DNA from: Planctomycetales bacterium
Lineage (GTDB): Bacteria; 4484-113; JAFGCY01
Direction of reading: 5' to 3'
DNA length: 32,000 nucleotides
Assembly (NCBI GenBank): GCA_022646745.1
Contig: CP060262.1
Location: forward strand, 1,470,001-1,502,000
Part shown: one piece after another, positions 1-7,869 of the stretch
How positions within the stretch are numbered: the stretch's first letter is position 1
Layout: every line of letters begins with the position of its first letter
Notes under the pieces: generated by a model
The model's input: the letters and a program-made list of their open reading frames with translations, nothing else
Told to the model about the DNA's origin: nothing
The model's database searches: none
Position numbers and translations under genes: made by a program

Positions 1-984
1 AGCTGGGTGGTGATCCCGTTTGGCGTGGCGGCGGTCGACGGGCAGATCATCTACTACATGATCCAGGACCTGAACGTCGGCCTGCTTCTGATCATCGCCG
101 ACTTCGCGATGTTCCTCGTGGCCGTGATCATGTCCGGCTACGCCTCCAACAACAAATATGCACTGGTCGGCGCAATGCGCGAGGCCGCCATGCTGCTGAC
201 CTACGAGATCCCGATGCTGATGAGCCTCCTGTGCGTTGCCATCTTCGCCGGTTCGCTGAACCTGACGGAGATCGTGCAGCGCCAGACGATGACCTGGGGC
301 ATCCTGCCGCTGTTCCCGGCCTTCATCATCTACTTCGTCGTCAGCCTGGCTGAGACCAACCGCCCGCCGTTTGACCTGCCGGAAGCGCAGAACGAGCTTT
401 TGGGAGGTTACCTCGTGGAGTACAGCGGGATGCGCTTCGCGCTGTTCTACGTCGCCGAGTATTCGAACGTGTTCATCGTCAGCGCGATCATGACCGTCTG
501 CTTCTTCGGCGGCTGGAAGGGCCCGATGTTCCTCGGCCCCGACGGGCTGTGGCTGACGAGCCTGTTCTGGTTCCTGCTGAAGACCTATGCCGTGTGCTTC
601 TTCTTCATCTGGGCGCGTTCCACGATGCCGCGCATCCGCGTGGACCAGATCATGTTCTTCTCCTGGAAGTTCCTGCTGCCGGCCAGCGTGGTCGTGATGG
701 CGGCCACGGCGCTCGGCGTCGTCAACCGCCATCCCTGGTTCAGCGCGAACCAGATCGCAGTGTCAGACGTTGACGTGACCGCTCTGCAGCGCGTCACCCA
801 GTTCCAGACATTGACAACGGCCGAGGCACTGGCGGTGATGACAGTCCCCGAGAAGGCCTTCTTCTGGGGCTACAACGTGCTGTGCCTGTTCTTCGGACTG
901 TTCATCCTGATGATGGCCTGGCGCATCCTGTTCGTGGCGCGCCGCCATCCGCAGCCCCGCCGGGAGGTGAGCTGGACCGGATGA
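1..984 (+). CDS. nuoH: NADH-quinone oxidoreductase subunit H (NuoH/Nqo8), 5' end truncated by the window edge. It has a ~85-aa C-terminal extension containing one extra predicted TM helix.
   Basis: The NuoH signature LAETNRPPFDLPEAQNELLGGYLVEYSGMRFALFYVAEY is present, followed by PRIRVDQIMFFSWKFLLP near the canonical C-terminus. The frame is open from base 1. Stop is TGA 982-984. After about nt 724 the protein continues with a hydrophilic linker and the hydrophobic stretch FFWGYNVLCLFFGLFILMMAWRILFV. Confidence 0.93.
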   Translation, partial: SWVVIPFGVAAVDGQIIYYMIQDLNVGLLLIIADFAMFLVAVIMSGYASNNKYALVGAMREAAMLLTYEIPMLMSLLCVAIFAGSLNLTEIVQRQTMTWGILPLFPAFIIYFVVSLAETNRPPFDLPEAQNELLGGYLVEYSGMRFALFYVAEYSNVFIVSAIMTVCFFGGWKGPMFLGPDGLWLTSLFWFLLKTYAVCFFFIWARSTMPRIRVDQIMFFSWKFLLPASVVVMAATALGVVNRHPWFSANQIAVSDVDVTALQRVTQFQTLTTAEALAVMTVPEKAFFWGYNVLCLFFGLFILMMAWRILFVARRHPQPRREVSWTG

Positions 985-1451
985 GGATGCTGTCAACGAG
1001 CCAGAACCTGCTGCACATCCTCGGTGAGCTGCTGCTCGTGGCCGCCGGGGCCTGGGGCCTGTACCTGCGCATCGTGCTCGGCATCGCGCCGGTGCTGACG
1101 ACGCAGTGGTTCGGTCCGCTGGCCCTGCTGGCGATCGGCCTGCTGCTGGCCGTGCTGCCGCTCACCCCGGCCCGCAATGCGGCCTGGATCAACCCCTGGT
1201 TCAGGCAGCGTCCGGGAGTCGCTTCACTGCTGTGGAGCTTCGCGGCCTGCGGCTGCCTGTATTCGCTGTGGCTGCAGTACGAGCTGCAGTTCACACTCAG
1301 GCCAGTGCTGCTCTTGGCGCCAGGCTTCCTTTACTGGTTCGTGGTGACGGCGCCGGGGCACCATGCCCAGCTGCGCAACATTGCCGCAGCCGGGGCGCAG
1401 GAGGCAGTTGCCAGCGAAGGACAGTCGGTGGAGGAGGTGCAGCGTGCCTGA
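981..1451 (+). CDS. Hypothetical polytopic membrane protein (~156 aa, ~4 predicted TM helices) inside the nuo operon.
   Basis: ATG 981 overlaps the nuoH stop (ATGA). A GGGAGGTGA Shine-Dalgarno lies ~10 nt upstream. GC3 codon bias is strong, like the flanking nuo genes. Hydrophobic segments include LLHILGELLLVAAGAWGLYLRIVLGIAPVL, LALLAIGLLLAVLPL, LLWSFAACGCLYSLWL and VLLLAPGFLYWFVV. I recognise no family motif. Confidence 0.7.
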   Translation: MRMLSTSQNLLHILGELLLVAAGAWGLYLRIVLGIAPVLTTQWFGPLALLAIGLLLAVLPLTPARNAAWINPWFRQRPGVASLLWSFAACGCLYSLWLQYELQFTLRPVLLLAPGFLYWFVVTAPGHHAQLRNIAAAGAQEAVASEGQSVEEVQRA

Positions 1452-2439
1452 CGGGCATGACCTGACAATCCACCATCCGCTGCCGAAGCGCTGGTTCGGC
1501 TACACCGCGATGGACTGGTTCAAGTTCTACGGCTTCATCGCCGTGTCCTGGTTCACGCTGGTGTTCGTCTACACGAAGTACGGCGCACTGTTTGATGACT
1601 ATGCCTCCAAGCAGCCCACCGAGCAGTACTCGCTGATGTGGTTCACCGCCAGCGGCCTGCTGCTGGCCCTGCCTGCGATCCTCGGCTTCTTCTGGTGGGC
1701 CTCCGGCGCGCTTGTGAAGTACAGCCGCTGGATGCTGCGCGACTTCACACTCTGGCGCCTGCTGCTGTTCGTGATCATCCTGTTCTTCTTCATCGTCGAG
1801 TTTGACCCGCTGGACCGGATCCACCCGAAGATGAGCGTGAAGGGCATCGCCGACACGCCGAACCTGACGCTGCTGCTGAGCGGCGAGGGCTTCGCGATCT
1901 GGCGCGAGACCGGCAGCCTCCCGGTGTTCAAGTTCCAGCTCGGCTATTTCCTGCTCTGGGCGCTGTTCTGGTTCCTGGTGTTCGTGCTCAACCTGAGTTA
2001 CCTGGCAACGGGATTCAGCCAGTTCTGGTTCTTCAGCAACCGCGTGCACCGCTACGGCACTTCAGTGCTGACGGGCTTCCGCGAAACCGCCCGGCTGGCG
2101 ACGAACGAGCCCTTCACCGAGGACTACCCGCGCAGCCGGCCGAAGCTGCCCGCGGCCTACCGCGGCGTGCCGCTGCTGAACGTTGATTCACTGAGCGAGG
2201 AGGAGGCCCTGCGCATCATCGCCGCCGATGGCAGCGGTGCGATCGCGCAGGCTCCCGGGCAGCCGACGGTGCTGTTCGTGGACCTCGGACGCTATGACCA
2301 TGACCCGGCGCTTGGCGAACTGAAGCGCGCGGACGGCACCGCGCTCGTCGTGTTCGAGGAGCGCTGGGCGATGCCGGTTGCCAATCGCGAGGCACTGGTG
2401 CTGCCGCTCAGGCGGCCACGCGGGGAGGTGCGGGACTGA
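1444..2439 (+). CDS. Hypothetical membrane protein (~331 aa) in the nuo operon, with an N-terminal ~4-5 TM region and a ~120-aa hydrophilic C-terminal domain. It has no Cys-rich Fe-S motifs.
   Basis: GTG 1444 is in frame with track ORF 1363..2439, is preceded by GGAGGAGGTG and overlaps the orfA stop (GTGCCTGA). An alternative start is ATG 1510. Its stop TGA 2437-2439 overlaps the nuoJ ATG. Hydrophobic segments include FKFYGFIAVSWFTLVFVY, LMWFTASGLLLALPAILGFFWW, LWRLLLFVIILFFFIV and LGYFLLWALFWFLVFVLNL. Confidence 0.7.
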   Translation: MPDGHDLTIHHPLPKRWFGYTAMDWFKFYGFIAVSWFTLVFVYTKYGALFDDYASKQPTEQYSLMWFTASGLLLALPAILGFFWWASGALVKYSRWMLRDFTLWRLLLFVIILFFFIVEFDPLDRIHPKMSVKGIADTPNLTLLLSGEGFAIWRETGSLPVFKFQLGYFLLWALFWFLVFVLNLSYLATGFSQFWFFSNRVHRYGTSVLTGFRETARLATNEPFTEDYPRSRPKLPAAYRGVPLLNVDSLSEEEALRIIAADGSGAIAQAPGQPTVLFVDLGRYDHDPALGELKRADGTALVVFEERWAMPVANREALVLPLRRPRGEVRD

Positions 2440-3485
2440 TGGAAACCAGCCTGCCCGCCGGACTGCTGCTGCTGCGCAACGTGGCCCTGCTGGCCGCGCT
2501 GCTGGCCGCCGCCGGCCTGCTCGTCAGCCGGCTGGACGGCATCTTCCGCCAGCTGCTGGCAACGGCCGGGATCGCCGTGCTCATCGCACTGCTGGCCGCC
2601 CCGCTGGCGGCTATCGGCGGCAAGCTCAGCTGGGCGGAAGCCTGGCAGCTGGACGCGCGCATCCTGGTGACGGCCAGCATGCTCGCCGGCTTCTACCTGC
2701 TTAACCTGCTGCTGTTCAACCGCCTGCCGGCGGAAGCGGGCCTGCTGCGAACATCTGCCAGCGCATGCCTGGCCGTATTCGTGATCAGCTCCCTGCTGTT
2801 CCAGCCGCTGGTTGTCAACCTGTCCAACATGCTGATCATCGGGCTGGTCGGCGGCACGATCGCCTGCGTGCAGCTTTCGCTGCACCGCTTCCATGACCAC
2901 CGGCGCCTGCTGGCAATCCTCGCGGTCGTCGGCTTCATCGCCTTCTTCTGGGGCATGCTGGCACTCAGCGTACCGGCGCTCAGGCTGCTGAATTTCTTCT
3001 TCTGGCTGTTCACCGCAGGCGTTGTCGGCGGCGGAATCGGCTGTGTGACGATGCGCAATGTGTTCCACAGTGCGCTGATGCTGATCCTCTCGCTGTTCGG
3101 CGTGGCCGGCTACTTCATCCTGCTCAACGCTGAATTCCTCGCGATGGTGCAGGTGATCATCTACATCGGCGGCATCATGGTGCTGTTCCTGTTCGGCATC
3201 ATGGTCAGCCAGAACATCATCGGCACCGAACTGAAGCAGAACACTGACCTGAGCCCCTGGGCAGCGCTCTTGTGCACGATGCTGTTCGGCTTCATGGCAC
3301 TCGTCGGGATGTTCATGCAGTTCCCGCAGAACACCGAGTTCCCGCCCAGCGCGGCCGTGCTGACAAGCAATACCCAGGCCATCGGCTGGTCGCTGATGGC
3401 AACGTACACACTTCCCTTCGAAGTGGCCAGCGTGCTCCTGCTCATGGCGATGCTCGGCGCGATCATCCTGGTGAGGAAGGACTGA
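2439..3485 (+). CDS. nuoJ: NADH-quinone oxidoreductase subunit J (NuoJ/Nqo10) with a ~185-aa polytopic N-terminal extension.
   Basis: The C-terminal ~160 aa are canonical NuoJ: NVFHSALMLILSLFGVAGYFILLNAEFLAMVQVIIYIGGIMVLFLFGIMV ... LPFEVASVLLLMAMLGAIIL. The preceding ~185 aa are Leu/Ala-rich with ~5-6 hydrophobic segments. A GGGGAGGTG SD lies upstream, and ATG 2439 overlaps the upstream stop. Confidence 0.88.
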   Translation: METSLPAGLLLLRNVALLAALLAAAGLLVSRLDGIFRQLLATAGIAVLIALLAAPLAAIGGKLSWAEAWQLDARILVTASMLAGFYLLNLLLFNRLPAEAGLLRTSASACLAVFVISSLLFQPLVVNLSNMLIIGLVGGTIACVQLSLHRFHDHRRLLAILAVVGFIAFFWGMLALSVPALRLLNFFFWLFTAGVVGGGIGCVTMRNVFHSALMLILSLFGVAGYFILLNAEFLAMVQVIIYIGGIMVLFLFGIMVSQNIIGTELKQNTDLSPWAALLCTMLFGFMALVGMFMQFPQNTEFPPSAAVLTSNTQAIGWSLMATYTLPFEVASVLLLMAMLGAIILVRKD

Positions 3486-3970
3486 TGTTACTGCTGCTGC
3501 TGCAACAGTCCGAGGGTGGCTCGCTGGCGAGCGAGGGCCTGGCGCCGATCATCCAGGCGATCGAGTTCGCCTCGCGCCAGTGGTTCGCCTCCAGCGGAGA
3601 CACCCCGATGGTGTGGTTCACCAACGTGGACTACCACCAGTACTTCGTGCTCAGCGCGTTCATCTTCTGCCTTGGGCTGTACGGCGTGATCGCGCGGCGC
3701 AATGCGATCGGGATGCTGCTGGCGCTGGAGCTGATGCTGAACGCCGTCAACATCAACATGAGCGCGTTCAACTTCTACTACGGACCGAAATCCACCCTGG
3801 CCTCGTTCACCGCGGAGGAATCCGTGATGACGAACATGGGCCAGGTATTCTCGATATTCACGATCATCGTTGCCGCGGCCGAGGCCGCGGTCGGACTGGC
3901 GATCATCATCGCCTTCTACCGCATGAAGAAGAGCATCATGCTTGATGATGCCAACCTGATGAAGGACTGA
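3485..3970 (+). CDS. nuoK: NADH-quinone oxidoreductase subunit K (NuoK/Nqo11) with a ~45-aa N-terminal extension and a short loop insertion.
   Basis: ATG 3485 overlaps the nuoJ stop (TGATG) and is preceded by GAGGAAGG. NuoK core motifs are present, with both conserved membrane Glu residues: GMLLALELMLNAVNI and IIVAAAEAAVGLAIIIAFYR. The track ORF 3272..3970 shares this frame, but its first 71 codons overlap nuoJ. Confidence 0.88.
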   Translation: MLLLLLQQSEGGSLASEGLAPIIQAIEFASRQWFASSGDTPMVWFTNVDYHQYFVLSAFIFCLGLYGVIARRNAIGMLLALELMLNAVNINMSAFNFYYGPKSTLASFTAEESVMTNMGQVFSIFTIIVAAAEAAVGLAIIIAFYRMKKSIMLDDANLMKD

Positions 3971-4005
3971 CGACTTGCAGATGACGACGACACAGCAGGA
4001 GGTGG

Positions 4006-6168
4006 GTGGTGCCTGAGATGCAGGGACTGCTGCCGCTGATTGCGCTTCTGCCGCTGCTGGCGGCGGGTGCGGGCCTGCTCATGCGCCGTGTGCCGGCCGT
4101 CGTCACTGCCCTACTCGGCGTGCTGTCGCTTGTGGCCAGCGCCGGGATGGCGCTCGCCGTCAACTCAACGCTGGATGCGGAGACCGGCCGCGCGGTCTGG
4201 CTGGTCAACTGGATCAGCGGCTACACCACGGAGATCCGCGCCTTCCCGCCGATCCCGCTGGCCCTGCGCGCGGACTACACCCAGGTGCTGTTCATCCTGA
4301 CTACCTGTCTGATCGGCGTGGCGGTGCTGCTGTATGCGATACGCGAGCGGCGCGCTGACCCGAAGGCCGCGCAGTTCCATGCACTGCTGACATTCTTCTG
4401 TGGCTCAATGCTTTTATTCCTCGTCAGCGACACTTTGATCCTGCTGTACATCGCCTGGGAAATGATGGGCCTCGCCGGCTACCTGCTGATCCGCCACAAG
4501 GGCACGCCGGAGGCCAACCGCGCCGCGCGCCAGGCATTCTGGACGACGCGCGCCACGGACTTCGGCCTGCTGTTCGCGATCTTCATCTTCATGTTCGGCT
4601 TCGGCCGCTTCGGTGTGCACATGGTGCAGCTCAGCCAGGTCAGCATCGGCTGGGTGGCGCAGCATGTGCCGGACCAGCTGTCCGCCGTGAACTGGATGAT
4701 CGTGGCCGGACTATTGGTGCTGCTGGCCGTGCTCGGCAAGGCAGCGCTCCTGCCGCTGTCATTCTGGCTGCCGGATGCGATGGTCGCCCCGGCGCCGGTC
4801 AGTGCGCTCTTGCACAGTGCCACGCTTGTAGCTGCCGGACCGCTGCTGGCCAGCGACCTGCTGTTCGGGCGCACCGTCGTACCGGTACAGGCGGACAGTG
4901 GCAACCCCGGCTGGTACGTGGCTCCGCTCGCATTGGCGGTGATGCTCGGCGGGCTGACGATGCTCGTGGGCTCGATCGTGGCCTGCTGCCAGAAGCAGCC
5001 GAAGAAGCTGCTGGCCTGGAGCACGGTCAGCCAGCTCGGCCTGTGCGTGATGGGCAGCGGAGCATTGGCAATGGAGGCCGCCCGCTTCCAGCTGCTGGCA
5101 CATGCCTGGTTCAAGGCCGCTCTGTTCCTTGCGGTCGGCATCGTGGTGGCCCGCTGGCATGAGGCACAGGCAACACATACTGACGACGAACCAAGCTTTG
5201 ACGACCTGAAGCAGTCCCCGGCCAGCGGCCAGCTGTTCTGGCTGGCCCTGTTACCGGCCGCACTGAGCCTGGCAGGTGTGATCGGGCTGGCGGGCTACTT
5301 CGGTAAGGACCAGATACTGTCAGCGCTGCTGTCACGCGCCGGGCAGGACTACGGTGGCAACGCACTGGCAACCACGATGCCCGCCATGCCGGGCTACTGG
5401 CAGGCCGGGGCACTGCTGCTGATCGCATCGATTCCCTTTACCGCAGCCTACTGTGCGCGCCTGCTGAGCGGGCTGATGCCTTCCCCCGGCAAGGAAGCTG
5501 CCAATGGCCTGGCGGAGCAGCAGTCCGCAGGCAATGGCTGGGCCGGACCGACTGTGATCTCCATCCTGCTGGCGCTGCTTGGCAGCATCGGCATCGCCGC
5601 CTTCTGGCCGTCCTACCGCGCCTACTTCGAGGGCCGGCTGCATGACCTGGCCTGGGCTGGCAACTTCGAACCGCTGGCCGCCGGCCTCTCGGTCGTGCTG
5701 GTGCTGGCCGGCGCAGTGCTTGGATTCATCTCCGCCTCGGAGCGCGGGCTGGCCAGCCCGACTCCATTGCTGACTAGCGTGACCGGATTCTTCCGCGAGG
5801 GGCTTTACTTGAAGCTCTTCTTCACCGGTCTCGTCGGTGGCTTCGGCGAGTTCCTCGCCATCCTGGCAGGCATTTCAGACATTCGCCTGATCGACTGGCT
5901 GTCAACGCGCATCGGGCGTGGTGGCCGCGGGCTGGCCAACGCCAGCGCCTGGCTGGACCTGCATTTCGTCGACGGCATCCGCTGGTGGTGCTGCGAGATC
6001 TGGTGGATCATCAAGCGGCTGCACGGCCGCTACTGGCAGAACGGGCAGATCCAGAACTACATGTTCGTGCTGCTGCTGGGTGCCGTGCTGATGTGCATCG
6101 TCGTCTCCTTCCCGCTCAACGAGACACTGCGGCGCATCATTCAGAGCTTCCTCGGGAGGTACGAGTAG
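4006..6168 (+). CDS. nuoL: NADH-quinone oxidoreductase subunit L (NuoL/Nqo12), an antiporter-like subunit with a C-terminal lateral-helix region.
   Basis: Motifs: YIAWEMMGLAGYLLI, LGKAALLPLSFWLPDAMVAPAPVSALLHSATLVAAG, HAWFKAALFLAVG and YFGKDQIL. The C-terminal region reads DGIRWW...QNGQIQNYMFVLLLGAVLM. AGGAGG lies upstream of GTG 4006. An alternative start is ATG 4018. Confidence 0.93.
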   Translation: MVPEMQGLLPLIALLPLLAAGAGLLMRRVPAVVTALLGVLSLVASAGMALAVNSTLDAETGRAVWLVNWISGYTTEIRAFPPIPLALRADYTQVLFILTTCLIGVAVLLYAIRERRADPKAAQFHALLTFFCGSMLLFLVSDTLILLYIAWEMMGLAGYLLIRHKGTPEANRAARQAFWTTRATDFGLLFAIFIFMFGFGRFGVHMVQLSQVSIGWVAQHVPDQLSAVNWMIVAGLLVLLAVLGKAALLPLSFWLPDAMVAPAPVSALLHSATLVAAGPLLASDLLFGRTVVPVQADSGNPGWYVAPLALAVMLGGLTMLVGSIVACCQKQPKKLLAWSTVSQLGLCVMGSGALAMEAARFQLLAHAWFKAALFLAVGIVVARWHEAQATHTDDEPSFDDLKQSPASGQLFWLALLPAALSLAGVIGLAGYFGKDQILSALLSRAGQDYGGNALATTMPAMPGYWQAGALLLIASIPFTAAYCARLLSGLMPSPGKEAANGLAEQQSAGNGWAGPTVISILLALLGSIGIAAFWPSYRAYFEGRLHDLAWAGNFEPLAAGLSVVLVLAGAVLGFISASERGLASPTPLLTSVTGFFREGLYLKLFFTGLVGGFGEFLAILAGISDIRLIDWLSTRIGRGGRGLANASAWLDLHFVDGIRWWCCEIWWIIKRLHGRYWQNGQIQNYMFVLLLGAVLMCIVVSFPLNETLRRIIQSFLGRYE

Positions 6169-7869
6169 TTGGACCAGACGCAGAGTTTCATAGGCTTCAT
6201 CTCGTGGATCAGCAACCCCATCACCCAGATGATGCTGGCCCCGCTGGTCGGCTGCCTGCTGGTCTGCCTGATCCCGAAGAAGAAGATCCTGCCAATCAAG
6301 ATCGTGGCCCTCGTGTTCTCGCTGCTCAGCCTGCTGTTTGCGGTGCTGCTGCTGACCGGGATGCCTGAAGGCGCCACCAGCTGGCGGCCCTACGCCGGAT
6401 ACACGGATACCTCGCAGAATGTGCAGGACCTGAAGCCGCTCGGGCAGTACACGCCCTTCCAGGCTGAGTTCCCCGGCTTCCAGTACCGTCAGGACATCGA
6501 GTGGATGGCGATCAAGATCGGCGAGAGCCGCAGCTTCAGCGTGCACTACGACGTCGGCATCGACGGCCTGTCACTGCCACTGGTGCTGATGACCTGTGCG
6601 CTGTTGCCACTGATCATCATCTGGGGCTGGTACCGCACGGAGCGGGTGAAGGAATTCCTCGCGCTGACCCTGTTCATGCAGGTCGGCCTGATCGGTTCCT
6701 TCGTCGCTCTGGACTTCGTACTGCTCTACCTGTTCTGGGAATGGATGCTGATCCCGATGTACGTGCTGATCGGCGGCTGGGGCAAGGACCGCGAGAAGGC
6801 GGCGCGCGCCGCGATCCGCTTCTTCGTCTACACGATGGCCGGCTCCGTGTTCATGCTGATGTCGCTCATCATCTGCAAGGTGATCAGCGCCGGCGTGTAC
6901 AGCTTCCAGATCCCGAACCTGGCAACCTTCCTGCTGAACGAGGGCTACACCGACGTCGTGCCCTGGCTGAGGATGTGGATCTTCCTTGGCTTCCTTGTGG
7001 CCTTCGCCGTCAAGGCACCGCTGTTCCCGCTGCACACATGGCTGCCGCCGGCCCATACCCAGGCCCCGGCCGAGATGTCAGTGATCCTTGCGGCGGTGAT
7101 GCTCAAGAGCGGGACATACGCCTTCCTGCGCGTGCTGTACTGGGCGCTGCCGGACCAGGGCTATGCAATCGGCCCGGTGGTTGCCACGCTGGCGGTCGTC
7201 GGCATAGTCTGGGGCGCGGCGGTCACGCTGGTGCAGACCGACATCAAGCGCATGATCGCCTACAGCTCGATCAGCCACATGGGCTTCATCATCCTCGGCT
7301 GCAGCGCCATGAATCCGCTGGCAACGACCGGCGCAATCTACCACATGGTGGGCCACGGCGTGATCATCACCACGCTGTTCTTGCTGGCGGACAGCATCGA
7401 GCGGCGTTACGGCACGCGCAATGTGCATGAGATCGCAGGGCTCGGATCAGCGGCCCCGCTGCTGGCGGGCATGCTTTCACTGGCGGCCTTCGCCGGCATG
7501 GGCTTCCCCGCGCTGGCCGGCTTCTGGGGTGAGCTGTACAGCCTGATGGGCGCGTTCGAGAACGGGCCGGGCTGGCAGACTGTGCTGGTTGGCAGCATCG
7601 ACGGCAGCCTGCTCCTGCAGATCCTCGCCGCGGTGGCGGTGATCGGCGTGCTGACAAGCGCGGTGTACATGATCAGCCTGCTGCAGCGCACCCTGCCCGG
7701 TGATGCGCCGGAGTCGGCAAAGGGCCACGTGCCGCTGCGCGAGGCCATCGTGCTGTTGCCACTCGGGGTAGCGATCATCTTCCTCGGCGTCTACCCGAAC
7801 TGGCTGATGCATATGTCAGCGGGCTATTCGGCGATGCTGGATTCGATCCACTCCGCCGGGATCTACTGA
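6169..7869 (+). CDS. nuoM: NADH-quinone oxidoreductase subunit M (NuoM/Nqo13), an antiporter-like subunit.
   Basis: Motifs: LYLFWEWMLIPMYVLIGGWG, FAVKAPLFPLHTWLPPAHTQAPAEMSVILAAVMLKSGTYAFLR and AGFWGE. TTG 6169 directly follows the nuoL stop, with GGGAGGT ~9 nt upstream. An alternative start is ATG 6229. Stop is TGA 7867-7869. Confidence 0.92.
   Translation: MDQTQSFIGFISWISNPITQMMLAPLVGCLLVCLIPKKKILPIKIVALVFSLLSLLFAVLLLTGMPEGATSWRPYAGYTDTSQNVQDLKPLGQYTPFQAEFPGFQYRQDIEWMAIKIGESRSFSVHYDVGIDGLSLPLVLMTCALLPLIIIWGWYRTERVKEFLALTLFMQVGLIGSFVALDFVLLYLFWEWMLIPMYVLIGGWGKDREKAARAAIRFFVYTMAGSVFMLMSLIICKVISAGVYSFQIPNLATFLLNEGYTDVVPWLRMWIFLGFLVAFAVKAPLFPLHTWLPPAHTQAPAEMSVILAAVMLKSGTYAFLRVLYWALPDQGYAIGPVVATLAVVGIVWGAAVTLVQTDIKRMIAYSSISHMGFIILGCSAMNPLATTGAIYHMVGHGVIITTLFLLADSIERRYGTRNVHEIAGLGSAAPLLAGMLSLAAFAGMGFPALAGFWGELYSLMGAFENGPGWQTVLVGSIDGSLLLQILAAVAVIGVLTSAVYMISLLQRTLPGDAPESAKGHVPLREAIVLLPLGVAIIFLGVYPNWLMHMSAGYSAMLDSIHSAGIY

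Noticed and set aside
882-980. Upstream extensions of track ORFs that overlap the preceding gene: 882-980, 1363-1443, 3272-3484, 8529-8705 (-), 13138-13224 (-), 24476-24652 and 26984-27169 (-).
   Set aside because: In each case an internal start codon coincides with an SD, a stop/start overlap, the onset of family-homologous sequence or a signal peptide. The extension would overlap a well-supported neighbouring gene.
1297-3068. Long minus-strand ORFs (1297..2049, 250 aa; 2292..3068, 258 aa) antisense to orfB and nuoJ.
   Set aside because: Their composition is dominated by E/Q/R/H/A/P, typical of antisense frames of high-GC genes. They have no SD and no motifs, and they are fully overlapped by + strand genes with strong family signatures or translational coupling.
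3487-3501. The short CTG trinucleotide run at the start of nuoK (tta ctg ctg ctg ctg), and similar Leu-codon runs elsewhere, as possible contingency repeats.
   Set aside because: There are only about 4 units. They simply encode a poly-Leu hydrophobic segment in a high-GC genome, and nothing suggests phase-variable length.
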